A stretch of DNA of 64,000 nt from positions 101,494,001-101,558,000 of the forward strand of contig OX597822.1 of assembly GCA_951406725.2 (NCBI GenBank), given 5' to 3'. Below, piece by piece: positions 1 through 12,158 of the stretch. The position numbers and the translations under genes are program-made. The notes below the pieces were generated by a model. That model ran no database searches. It worked only from the letters and a program-made list of their open reading frames with translations, and was not told the DNA's origin. The stretch comes from Octopus vulgaris (lineage: Eukaryota). The stretch's first letter is position 1. Every line of letters begins with the position of its first letter.

Positions 1-25
1 GGATTGGTCGGTCAAAGTGATCAAA

Positions 26-71
<46 letters not shown>

Positions 72-148
72 CCCGAGATTGTATGACTGTGTATAGAACA
101 ATAAATTAATCAATGAAATGCAAACCTTTTCAATTTTACAATATTGAA

Positions 149-190
149 ATAAACTAATATTTTCATGCGTTACGCAATCATCAGGTTTAT
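149..190 (-). ncRNA. Minimal type I hammerhead ribozyme motif (PLE-type)
   Basis: Minus strand reads ATAAAC-CTGATGA-T-TGCG-TAA-CGCA-T-GAAA-ATAT-TA-GTTTAT: 6-bp stem I, intact CUGAUGA/GAAA core, 4-bp stem II, palindromic AATATT in place of stem III, UA cleavage site. Confidence 0.75.
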
Positions 191-615
191 GTAGCGACAA
201 TTGTGTTTCACAATTGACAACTATATCGTTGCTATTATGTTAAACTGTCGTATGTCCAAATTTGACTAAATGCCGTTTTTTTTTTTTTTTCAAAATTTAA
301 TTTTGCTTGCAACAGCCGGTTCTTTTGTTCAAACTATCATATCTCCAGCTGTTTCAGATGAAAATTGTCAAAGTGTTAATACAACGGTTTAGCATTTTTC
401 AAAAGTGTAGTAAATCCCACATACCACAGCTTTGCAAAGATATTTCTGACTGAAAATATCATACATGCAAGGAGTTACGATCTTATGCGCCCAACAAAGT
501 ATTATTGTTAAGCTGAAACTCTTGCTAATGCACAAAGAAATGGAACGGTGAAACTATTTTTTCATTTTCTGAAGAAGCAACGTTTTGGACTTACGACACT
601 TTTGCATAATAACAA

Positions 616-671
<56 letters not shown>

Positions 672-678
672 GTATATA

Positions 679-1968
679 TCAGGTCATTAAGAATGAAATG
701 TCCGATTTTGTCATTCACCAAGTTTCACAGTCGATATCGCTAATGTTTTATCCTGACAATTCTTTGTTTTACAACATTAAATAGGTACATTATCACTTTT
801 CGAAATGCAATTTATGGCGTCTGATTATATTGTGAATTTTCTCTTGTAAATCTATTTTTGTGAAGCCGTGGACAGATAAAAAATTCGTGTTGTTTATGAA
901 TATGAGTGCTGTCGTGGAACCAATGCATCTCAGAGAGCTCGAAACATCAACGAGGTGTTTGGTGAAAATGTGACGAATGGGCGCTCTGTACGTCGATGGT
1001 TTGAGAAATTCCGATCTGATAACTTTACACTTGAAAATCAGTCCCTTGGTAGACCTGAGACCAAGTTGGATGATGATGAGCTGATAACTGCGGTGGAAGC
1101 GGATACATCTCAAACTACGCGTGAGTTAGCAGCAAGGTTTGATCTTTCGATTCTAACTGTATTGGATTATCTGAAACAAATCGGCATGGTAAAGAAGCTG
1201 GACAAGTGGGTACAACACGGACTGGACGAGCATCGAATGACACGTCGTCTTAGAACTTGCTGTTCTTTGCTGTCACGACATCAAAGCGAACCCTTTTTTG
1301 CATCGTATTGTTACGGGAGATGAAAAATGGATTCTTTTCAAAATAAGCAAGCGTTCTGTAAAGTGGTTGGATAGAGACGAAGCGCCAAAACACAATCCCA
1401 AAATGAATATTCACCAAAAAACACCTAATGGTGTCTGTTGGGTGGCCAAGCGCTGGCGTCATCCACTACAGCATCATGAGACCTGGTAAGTCAATTACAG
1501 CGGATGTATACATCAACCACCTGTATGAAATGATGAGTGAACTTGCAATTAAACAACCGAGATTGGTCAATAGAGACAGGTCAATTCTCTTGCAAGACAA
1601 TGCTCGACCATATGTTGCACAAAAAACCCTATTCAAGTAACAGGAACTGCACTTGGAAGTACTCTATCATCGACCATATTCACCAGACCTTGCACCAACT
1701 AACTATCACGTTTTCCATGCACGTTTTCAAGGAAAAACACTTCAAATTTGAAAATGATAAAAAAAAACAAAAACATTTCGTGATTTCGCCACCTCTTGCT
1801 ATCCAGAATTCTTGAATTCTTCGCTGCGAGCATAAATAAGGTACCGATAAAATGGCAAAATTGTATTGATAATTTAGGTGCATACTTTGATTAACTGCAT
1901 TGCATTTTGTTGAGATAAAATAAATTTTCAATTCAAAATCCGACATCTCATTCTTTATTTTACTGCAT
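679..1968 (+). mobile_element. Full-length decayed mariner (Hsmar1/cecropia-like, DD34D)
   Basis: About 1.29 kb. Imperfect TIRs at 679-710 (TCAGGTCATTAAGAATGAAATGTCCGATTTTG) and ~1934-1968 (CAAAATCCGACATCTCATTCTT...). TA-flanked on the left. Contains a transposase pseudogene. Confidence 0.9.
868..1894 (+). pseudogene. Mariner transposase pseudogene (frameshifts and stops)
   Basis: Motifs across frames: RNINEVFG..VRRWFEKFR (HTH), KKLDKWVQHGL (WVPHEL-like), VTGDEKW, LLQDNARP, YSPDLAPTNY; ends GAYFD*. Confidence 0.9.
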
Positions 1969-2187
1969 TATATTTTACTGTTTTTCAGTCACTCGATTGG
2001 AGCCAAGCTGTGGCACCGCTTTGGAGAATTTTAGTCAAAGGAACTGACAAAGGATGTATTTGTTTTTTAACGCCCGGTACCTGTCCGATCGAATACTATT
2101 GCCGAATCGCTAATATACGGGGACAGAAACACAGCGATACCGCATGCCAAGTAAAGTTGGGGGACATGGGCAAAAAGGTACACTACA

Positions 2188-2227
<40 letters not shown>

Positions 2228-2312
2228 TTTCCATCTAGCTAATCAAATCACAAGACTTTGGCTGCCATGAGGCTAGGAGGCAAACTTCTTTCTGTACAAC
2301 TACGCCTGCCCT

Positions 2313-3591
2313 TACATACATACATTTATTCATACATACATACATACATACATACATACATACATACATACATACATACATACATACATACATACATACA
2401 CACATACATACATACATACATTTATTCATACATATATACATACATGCATACATACATACATTTATTCATACATACATACATACATTTATTCATACATACA
2501 TACATACATACATACATACATACATTTATTCATACATACATACATTTATTCATACATACATACATACATACATACATACATACATACATACATACATGCA
2601 TACATACATACATTTATTCATACATACATACATACATACATACATACATACATACATACATACATACATACATACATACATACATACATACATACATACA
2701 CACATACATACATACATACATTTATTCATACATATATACATACATACATACATACATACATTTATTCATACATACATACATACATTTATTCATACATACA
2801 TACATACAAACATACATACATACATACATACATTTATTCATACATACATACATACATTTATTCATACATATATACATACATACATTTAGTCATACATACA
2901 TACATACATTCATACATACATTTATTGATACATACATACATTTATTCATACATATATACATACATACATTTAGTCATACATACATACATACATACATACA
3001 TTTATTGATACATACATACATTTATTCTTACATACATACATACATACATTTATTCATGCATACATACATACATACATACATGCATACATACATACATTTA
3101 TTCATACATACATACATACATTTATTCATACATATATACATACATACATACATACATACAAACATACATACATACATTTATTCATACATACATACATACA
3201 TTTATTCATACATATATACATACATACATTTAGTCATACATACATACATACATACATACATTTATTGATACATACATACATTTATTCATACATACATACA
3301 TACATTTATTCATACATACATACATACATTTATTCATACATATATACATACATACATACATACATACTACATACATACATACATGCATACATACATACAT
3401 TTATTCATACATACATACATACATTTATTCATACATATATACATACATACATACATACATACATACATACATACATACATTTATTTATTTATACATACAT
3501 ACATACATACATTTATTCATACATATATACATACACTTATTCATACATACATACATACATACATACATACATACATACATACATACATACA

Positions 3592-3625
<34 letters not shown>
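2313..3625. repeat. Compound (CATA)n microsatellite with interspersed CATTTATT units, ~1.3 kb
   Basis: Direct reading; source of the spurious HTYI/YVCM ORFs. Confidence 0.95.
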
Positions 3626-5021
3626 CACGCATACGTAGTATTGCCATCGCCTAATCGAAAGTCTCACACATGCGAAGGCCACGACCAGCCAATTTTGCCA
3701 TAGGTCTTACGTTTTTTTCATGCTATGCCTATGTATGATGATTTTTGATAATGGGGGGAAAGGATTTGCACCAATCCAATCCCACTCACTAAACGTGGAC
3801 AACATAAACTCGAAAAGAAGAACCAGTCTACATTATCGAATAATGTCAGTGTCACAGGTTTTCTCTGTTTCCCTCTCCAAGTGGAATGTTATAACAGCAA
3901 CAGAGGGGTCTCCAATTCCCAGTGGGCCAACCGCACGCCTGGACACCAGCCCAGGTATTTCCACGTCCCTACATAGAGTAAATGGCTCCAGCTTATATGC
4001 AAAAAAGAGCTTCTCCTAGCAAGCTTAAATTCTCCCCTCTGCCCACTCTCCTTTTCTTTATTATTATCTTTGTCTTAACAACTTTGCCCTCTCTCCTATC
4101 TTATTTCTTCTCACAGGTTTTCCTTTCTTGTTCTCTCACTCTGTGTTTTCCACTGAAAGTTTGTTGGCTGGGGAGCTTATTCGATTACATTCATCTCGAT
4201 ACTTGACCGGTATTTATTTAATCGACCTCGAAAGAATAAAAAAAAGGGAAAGTCGACCTCGGTAAAGTTTGAACTCAAAACGAACGAAACGTCACTAAGC
4301 ACTTTTTCCATCGGGCCAAACAGCCTCTCTGATGATACTGAATATGACAATTATAATTATTATTAGTATTATTTGTTTATTCATAATATGCACACCAAGA
4401 ATATTACGAACGTCTACCAAATACATGTTGAGACATATTCAAGCGAGCACTCAAAAACATTAACAATGAATTTAATAATAGTATTTCCCATAATTTAAAA
4501 CGGCGAGTAATTGAAAAACAGATGTTTAGCAAATTTCAATTATATTTTTCAGCGTAAAACGCTCGTATATTTCTATGAAATAAGTATCCTTGATATTTTT
4601 ATTTTGATGCTTTCGAAAAAACACGTGATATTTATAAAACGAGATGATATTTTTGAATGCTTTTTGAAATGCTACTTTCAGAGAAACGTTTTATCAGTGG
4701 CACTGCGTCGGCCAATGCGGATTCCAACACTCTATGTTACATACCAAATGAACAAAAGGATTTCTATGAAGAATACACGAAATCTATTATCTTTCATTTT
4801 ATCATGTATAGTTGCATACATACGCGCCCACACTCCTAGTGTATGAACACACACATGCACGTGCGTGCACACACACATATAGATTATACACGTATATTTA
4901 TGTGCGTATGTATGTGCGTATATATACATACATACATATATTTTAATTTTTAATATATGTATATATATTAAAAATTAAAACATATTACTCTAACCCTGGT
5001 ATTCGAATACAGATATTTAGG

Positions 5022-5069
<48 letters not shown>

Positions 5070-5639
5070 ATATGTGTTTGGGTGTGTGTATTTTACGCAT
5101 AAAAGTCACCTGACAATAAATCAAAACCATTTAATTCGAAGATTTATTTATATTTAACAAGTGAATGAATTTAATAAAAGCATATCGACACATTTTTCCA
5201 TTCGAGTCAATACAGAATTACAAATAGTATTTATGGAATTTTTATTTACTGTTGGGTGACTTTTGGCCAAGTTTGTATAAAGAAAGAAAGAAAGAAAAAA
5301 AGAAAAAAGAGACGAGGAGGGTTAAAATTTATTCCCGCTGAAACGTGGACGTTTTGTTGGAAGAAACTTTACTGCGGTAGATACCATGAGAGAAACTTAC
5401 ACACAGGCTTTTGGTAAAAAGTGCACGCCTATTTATATTGCTAGCGGGAAGATAAATTCTCACTAACTCCAGTGCCGAGACCACCACTCCACGCGATTAA
5501 GACCATCCTTGACTATTAAGTCTACCATGAAGGAAACCCATATATAATTCAGTACTCATCATAACTGTCCGACGAACGGTTAAATGAAACTATGAGTAAC
5601 GGTTTTGTGAAGAATCTGCAACAGTATTAAACATGTAAA

Positions 5640-5779
5640 GGGGTAAAGACCCCCTTCGGTCATGAGTGACCATGGGTTTGCACCTAGAGAGTTACCCTCT
5701 GAGGCACAAGTCTGGGCAAGGTTGTTTTATGCTCACAACCTCACGATCGTAAGCTCGACGCTCTAACCACTGAGCCATG
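5640..5779 (-). mobile_element. SINE family B, internally deleted copy
   Basis: Matches both ends of 24145-24473 (GGGTAAAGACCCCCTTCGGTCATG... and ...CTCTAACCACTGAGCC) with the middle missing. Confidence 0.8.
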
Positions 5780-6279
5780 TAGGAACAAAATATTGATGAT
5801 TAGCTTGATTTGTCCACTACATATACTGGAAACTGACTAGATAATGACAATCTACGTGGAGCTCTAAATCACACAGTCGTACATCTAACTGTATACGCAA
5901 AATATTTATGTACACACTACACATGTATATGCACCAAGCACAAATACGTACATACAGCCACGCACAGTCAAACACACACACACACACACATATATGTTGC
6001 CTCCAGACATCTGATGAGTTGGACGTGTCCTAAGCGCCCACGAAATTTGTGGAGCTGTCATGTGGGGCTAAGTCAGTTTGTTATGAAATATATGTAACTC
6101 ATATGTATTGAGTACAATTGCCTTTCCTTTGTTCCATCACGTGTATGTGTTAAACACGTATAGAATGCAAATTATCATCTCCAGTTCATTGGCGCTATAT
6201 AATTTTATCTGTATGTAAACGGAAAGGCTATTTGCTTCTATGGATTTTCTGAAGTGACGGTGATACTTCTGTGAAGAAT

Positions 6280-6590
6280 GCGTTACGGACAGAAAATTAA
6301 TTAAGGATGTTCATTATTTAAAAAAGAAATCTACTGAGAAATTGATAAATTTTTCGTTTCCTACGATGTACATTTCCATACCGTATTTCATACCTTGATA
6401 TTGTAGGGACTGGGTATTGTAGGGACTGGGTATCTCGTTGAACCCGTTACGGACAGAAAATTAATTAAGGATGTTCATAATTAAAAAAAAAAATCTACTG
6501 CGAAATTGATAAATTTTTCGTATTTTCTACGATCTACATTTTCATACCGTATTTCATACCTTGATATTGTAGGGACTGGGTATCTCGTTG
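6280..6590. repeat. Tandem duplication of a ~150-165 bp unit
   Basis: CGTTACGGACAGAAAATTAATTAAGGATG...GGGACTGGGTATCTCGTTGA occurs at ~6280 and ~6444; the first copy has an extra internal TATTGTAGGGACTGGG duplication. Confidence 0.85.
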
Positions 6591-6890
6591 AGAACCTTCT
6601 GATTTTAGATATAGCGTCAAAAGAAATATAATATTAAAATAAGTAAACCCCAGGGAGCTGGAACTAATTGATATGATAGGTATATAAAAAGATAGGCTAC
6701 ATATTTCTCTAGGATTGATCAAGTGATGAAGACACCTCTGAGAAGATCCCAATGACTGCCGAAAATCTGTTCAGGCTTGTTTATCATATATCGTGTAAGG
6801 AGAAACAGGTAAGTTTGGCAAGTTTGTATGTCAATCATATAGCTTTATAAGTATGTATTTATTGTGTGTGTGTGTGTGTATGTGTGTATG

Positions 6891-6937
<47 letters not shown>

Positions 6938-7110
6938 AGAGAAAAGAAATGGAGCAATAATTAACAATAAGAAGTTGATCATTGGTATTAAAAAGTCATT
7001 GTTTAATTGTAGTTCGGAACCATTTACAGCTATTTCGGTTTATCAAATCGTGGTCTACGTATACATGTATCCCTTAGATGGCTGCATAACCTCTAACTCA
7101 TAATTTGTTC

Positions 7111-7144
<34 letters not shown>

Positions 7145-8517
7145 TACACACACATATGCACTCACACATACAAAGACACACACACACACACACTCACACA
7201 CACATACATACACACATACACACACACATACACACATACATACACACATACATACACACATACACACACACACATACATACATAAATACGCGCAAATATC
7301 TAGACAGAGAGAGAGAAAGAGATGCGGAGATGGTGAGATATGTGTGTGCGTGTGAGCGAGTATGTATATGTGTGTTTGAGATACAGATATAAGCATATAA
7401 TTATCATGCAGTTCATACCTTATTTGGCAAGCACTAAAGTATACTTCTACACGCCTTTTATCTCAGTTTTCGTGTACACATTGAATTTAATATCAGTGAA
7501 TTGTGTGCAGAAATATTCCTAAATGCTTCTATATAAAATATATAAATGCATGAACATATATCGATCGACCGGCAACGCATCAACATGTATATATTTACTA
7601 TATTTAAACATACACACAGACACACACGCACACAGGCATGCGCGCGCACACACAAATATGTATATGAATATAGGAGTGAGATAATTTATAGATGAATGAA
7701 CTTGGAAGAGGGCATATTTCATGCTTTAAAACGATTAATTCTTATTAATTCTTACATAATACATATATTCCGTTCTGTGTTACATGAGGCATCTTGAAAT
7801 ATATTAACTACAATGATATATATTGTACAAAGATGTGAATTTAGGGATTCACCGTTCAGACAAAATAACCGTTTCTTCTTATTTATTCTTATCGTTCGCT
7901 TTGTTAAGTTAATACCAAGATTATCTGTAAGTCTTCTTGCATTTCAGTAAGCAACTTACAGTGTAAGACATATGCGATTATAAGAATTTGTTTTACTATA
8001 TAAACCAACATTTAAAAAAATCATACGTCTTTTTTTATCCTATCTCTTACATCCTTGTATTTATTTCAGTGATGCTACAATAACAATATTGACTAATGAA
8101 GCAATTAAATAATGGAAACATGTAAGGCTTAACCAGTTTTGTACGTTTTTTAAATCTCATACGTTTGACAGGTGTCGTCTGCTTGTCAATCAGTCACTTT
8201 AATCCGATTGAATGTGCGTGCCATTCTCAGAACAATATTAAAGAATCTATGCACATAGAAGAACGTTGACACTGAAGTGCTCAATGAAATGGAACCAAAG
8301 TATATTGAAATCCAGCGTGAATATTTACCAACAACTCTAAGCACATTATTGTAACAAATGAATAAAATATTTTCGTTTGTATCATAACATCAATAAAAGA
8401 AAACATCGCAGGCGTTTCTTATTTTCCGTTGGAAATATTTATAAAAGTATGAAAAATAATATAATTAACGTTGTATGTAAACATATATGCATGTATGTGT
8501 GTATATATACATACATT

Positions 8518-8566
<49 letters not shown>

Positions 8567-8569
<3 letters not shown>

Positions 8570-9172
8570 TTTGATACTTTGATACTTTGATAGGTTTCGG
8601 CCATTATTGGCCCAGGCCATGTCTAACTTAATAGCACCACCTGGTGAAGTATTTCAAGTCAGAATTTGGGCACTATGGCCCACTCAAGTAGAGAGTTATT
8701 GTTTACAGAGACATATCCGGGTGTAGGGGGTTTATCCGGGATTTCTTGAAGGAATCTGTCCAAAGACTTCTTGAACCCTATAGGGTCAGGTTTCTGTTTT
8801 AATGTGTTTTGGTGTAATGTTAAAGAGAGCGGGGCCAATTGAGGTGAAATAATTGTGCCGTATTGTTGTTATAAGATGAGAGTGCGATTTTTGTTTTGGG
8901 CGGATGGCACGGGGCCCAAGCCTTGGATGTACCTTAAAGGTGATGCCAACATCATTTGGGCAATGCTGATGGAATATTTTCCACATCATGCAGATGATGT
9001 AGCGCTCACGACGACGTTGGAGAGAATAAAGTTTTAGCTTTTCTAGTCGACCCCAATAGTCGAGGCCTGTCATGCCATCTATCTTTTTTGTGATTGCCCT
9101 TTGAGGTGCTTCAACTTTTATGATACCTTGTATTGTGTGGGGAGACCACAGTGGACAACAGTATTCAAGGTG

Positions 9173-9175
<3 letters not shown>
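8567..9175 (-). mobile_element. 5'-truncated CR1-clade LINE (RT C-terminus plus 3' UTR) inserted in (TA)n
   Basis: [12 protein letters not shown]...QRAITKKI...[21 protein letters not shown] is typical of the CR1 ORF2 C-terminus; 3' tail (TCAAAGTA)n; (TA)n on both flanks. Confidence 0.85.
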
Positions 9176-9218
<43 letters not shown>

Positions 9219-9235
9219 AATATATATATACATAC

Positions 9236-9266
<31 letters not shown>

Positions 9267-9306
9267 TACATACATATATACATACATATATACATACATA
9301 CATACA

Positions 9307-9389
<83 letters not shown>

Positions 9390-11289
9390 AGATTAGGAAA
9401 AAGTTTCAAAGGTCGATATTCATATTCATTGAAACCTCAACTTAATATACGACATTTCTCCTTAAACACATGTCATAACCTGGTTTTGCACTTAGAATAA
9501 TAAAAGGAAAACTCGCTTTATACAATTCGACGTTAGTAATTACTACCAATATATTAAACCTGATTTACTCGAGAAAGCAATTACTTTGGGGGAAAATTTT
9601 ACTAGTATTACACCATTAAAGCAAAATATTATTTTTACCGCAAGAATAACACTGATATCCTTCAGAAATAAGACTTGGGCACGATGGGACCTTCATGACG
9701 ACTTTGATGTTACAATGGGAAGCACGGACTCTACCCAGGTCACAGATATTGTTGGCCTATTCTTACTCTAAAAAATTAAGGAAGAATTCCCTAACATCAA
9801 CGGAGGTCTGTATAGAGACGATGCCTTATTCACTATATGTGGCTCCTCCTCACAGACAACTGATAGGATATGGAAAAGATTAATCAAATTTTTAAAGTTA
9901 TACAACTTAGACATTATATTCGAAAATGTCCAAAATGTGTTAACATATTGGACGTAACTTTAAGTTTTGATGACAACTTATTCTATCCTTACCATAAGCC
10001 TAATAAAACTATTAAGTATATCCACGTCTTATCAAATCATTCCCAAAGTGTCTCTAAGGGGATAATCAAAAGTGTGTCGATAAGAATATCTAACTTATCT
10101 GCAATCGAAAAGATCTCCGATGATTTTTCCCCCCTTTATAATACAACATTAAAAAGCAGTGGATTAAGTAGGAAGATAAACTATATTAGGAACATAACAT
10201 TTAAAAATACATTAGGCAAACGTTTTCGAAATATTTCGAATTTAAGCATCGGTACACCTCTCATAAACAATCCCCCGCCCGAATATAGGAACCAACAACA
10301 TTTTAGAAGACACTATAATTTATTTAATTATAATAACAATAACGATACGGGGTAGAATAGGATCAACTCGGGTAGGAGGCGGGAAATTATTATTTTAGGA
10401 TTATCAATAGGAACTTCCCACCAGGCCATAAATATCATTCTATATTCGGTAGATCCTGCCTTAAATTGTCGTGTTCAACCACACCCAATTTAGGGTCTAT
10501 AATCGCGGCCAACAATAGACTTAAACTTAGAAATAACAGTATTAATAGATATGATAATATAGGTGAGCTTTATATGAAGAATAATAATATGAAACCTGAT
10601 ATTAAAAACAGAAATTGTAAGCCTGGAAATAAAACATGTAATTGTCGTAATAGGGAGCTATGTCCCTTCAAAGGATTCTGCTTAAGGAGAAATGGCGTAT
10701 ATAAAGTTCAGGTTTCAACCCTTAATGAACCTAAACAGATATACAGAGGAAGTACGACTGATTTTAAGATTAGATATAGGGCACACACAAATTGATTTCT
10801 CAATCACGAACCAAAATCTTCAACCACACTAGTTACCGAAATCAATAAATTAAAAATGCGCAATAAAGAATTCAGTCTAGCTTGGTCTATCATAAGGGGA
10901 ACCACACCATATAATAGACACACTAAAAATTGCAATTTATGCACAAAGGAAGCGATCCACTTACTCCGTGCCAAAAAAACAAAAACAACTTAATATACCA
11001 GATGTCATAATTGCTTGTAGACATAAATATCTTTCAACTTTTAAATTCTTCCCCCAAAATACTTAGCCAATAGGATTTTAATCTAGTCACCGTAAATATT
11101 TTGGATTCATCTTGAAATACTATTATATGTAGCGTCATAATGTACCTTAAAATGTAACTTTATATATTTCTCCAAGACACCTGATGAAGGCTGGAAGGTA
11201 TAACAAACAAGATGAGGACAAATATCCGTCAATTGTAAATAATGAAAATAATGTACATAATTCCTCATCTCTTAAATATAGAACTGTAT
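9390..11289 (+). mobile_element. Decayed Penelope-like element, Naiad-type (RT, GIY-YIG, 3' terminal region with partial HHR)
   Basis: RT motifs FDVTMGS..VGLFLL, GLYRDDAL, LDVTL..FYPYHKPN..YIHVLSNH; CNCRNRELCPFKGFC; GVYK..IYRGST..FKIRYRAH; CNLCTKE; CTGATGA motif at 11181. Confidence 0.85.
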
Positions 11290-11458
11290 TAAGAACAAGT
11301 ATATTGAAATATTTATTATAGAATCTTAACAAAACGTTGAAACTAGATATTTTACGCATATTTAGATATATCTAATATCTATCTTTCATGAAAATTACAA
11401 GTGAATGGAATAAATATTTCGTAAGCTATGAGGAAATAAACAAATAATCTTCCAAATT

Positions 11459-11975
11459 GCAATGGCCAAAAGTTAAGGGTCACTTAGAAAAACAATGAAA
11501 AGTGGAATAAGAACAAAAAAGTAACCCTTACTATTAATATTTTGTGAACATCCCTTTACTATCAATGATCTCCTGACATCTGTTACCACGGGACTGAATT
11601 TCTTGCAAAATGATGGAGTAATATTGTTCCATTTTCTTTTCAATAATTCTCAGAGTTCACCTTGGTTCTTTGGATTTCTCCTTCATGCCCCTTCGCCAAT
11701 AATCTTTCAAACGTTTTCTATAGTGTTCAGATCGGGGCTTTGAGGCGGTCAGTCTATGAGATCAACCCTTTCATCACTCAAAAAATCTTTGAAACTCTTC
11801 GTAGTGTGACAGGGAGCGTTGTCCTGCACGCAGATAGGAGGTTGAATTGACAAGGATCTGAGATGTGGAAGAGCATGCGGTCCAAGAATCTGCTTGTAGA
11901 TTTCTGCATTGACAGTCCCTTGAAGGCGAATATTGGGTTCGTATCTTCGATGGAGAAGATGGGACCATTGCTACT
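11459..11975 (-). mobile_element. Tc1 (DD34E) transposon 3' remnant
   Basis: Minus strand encodes VQDNAPCH...PPQSPDLNTIENV...RCQEIIDSKG with stops; TIR-like CAATGGCCAAAAGTT at ~11460. Confidence 0.8.
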
Positions 11976-11982
11976 GTGCTAA

Positions 11983-12006
11983 TTATTATTATTATTATTG
12001 TTGTTG

Positions 12007-12072
<66 letters not shown>

Positions 12073-12088
12073 GTTGTTGTTGTTGTTG

Positions 12089-12158
<70 letters not shown>
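11983..12158. repeat. (TTA)n/(TTG)n microsatellite, target of the adjacent R4/Dong element
   Basis: Direct reading; abuts the LINE 3' end. Confidence 0.95.

Noticed and set aside
2258-3703. Long ORFs rich in HTYI/YVCM, and similar YIYI, poly-I and poly-N ORFs throughout the window
   Set aside because: Translations of stop-free microsatellites; no coding signature.
3650-4000. GC-richer segment possibly encoding a LINE ORF1 fragment on the minus strand
   Set aside because: No diagnostic motif recognised; left uncalled.
10793-10795. In-frame TGA in the Naiad-type PLE as possible selenocysteine
   Set aside because: It falls where Ser is expected (TCA>TGA), not at a Cys motif; the Cys motifs use TGT/TGC and the copy has other stops and frameshifts.
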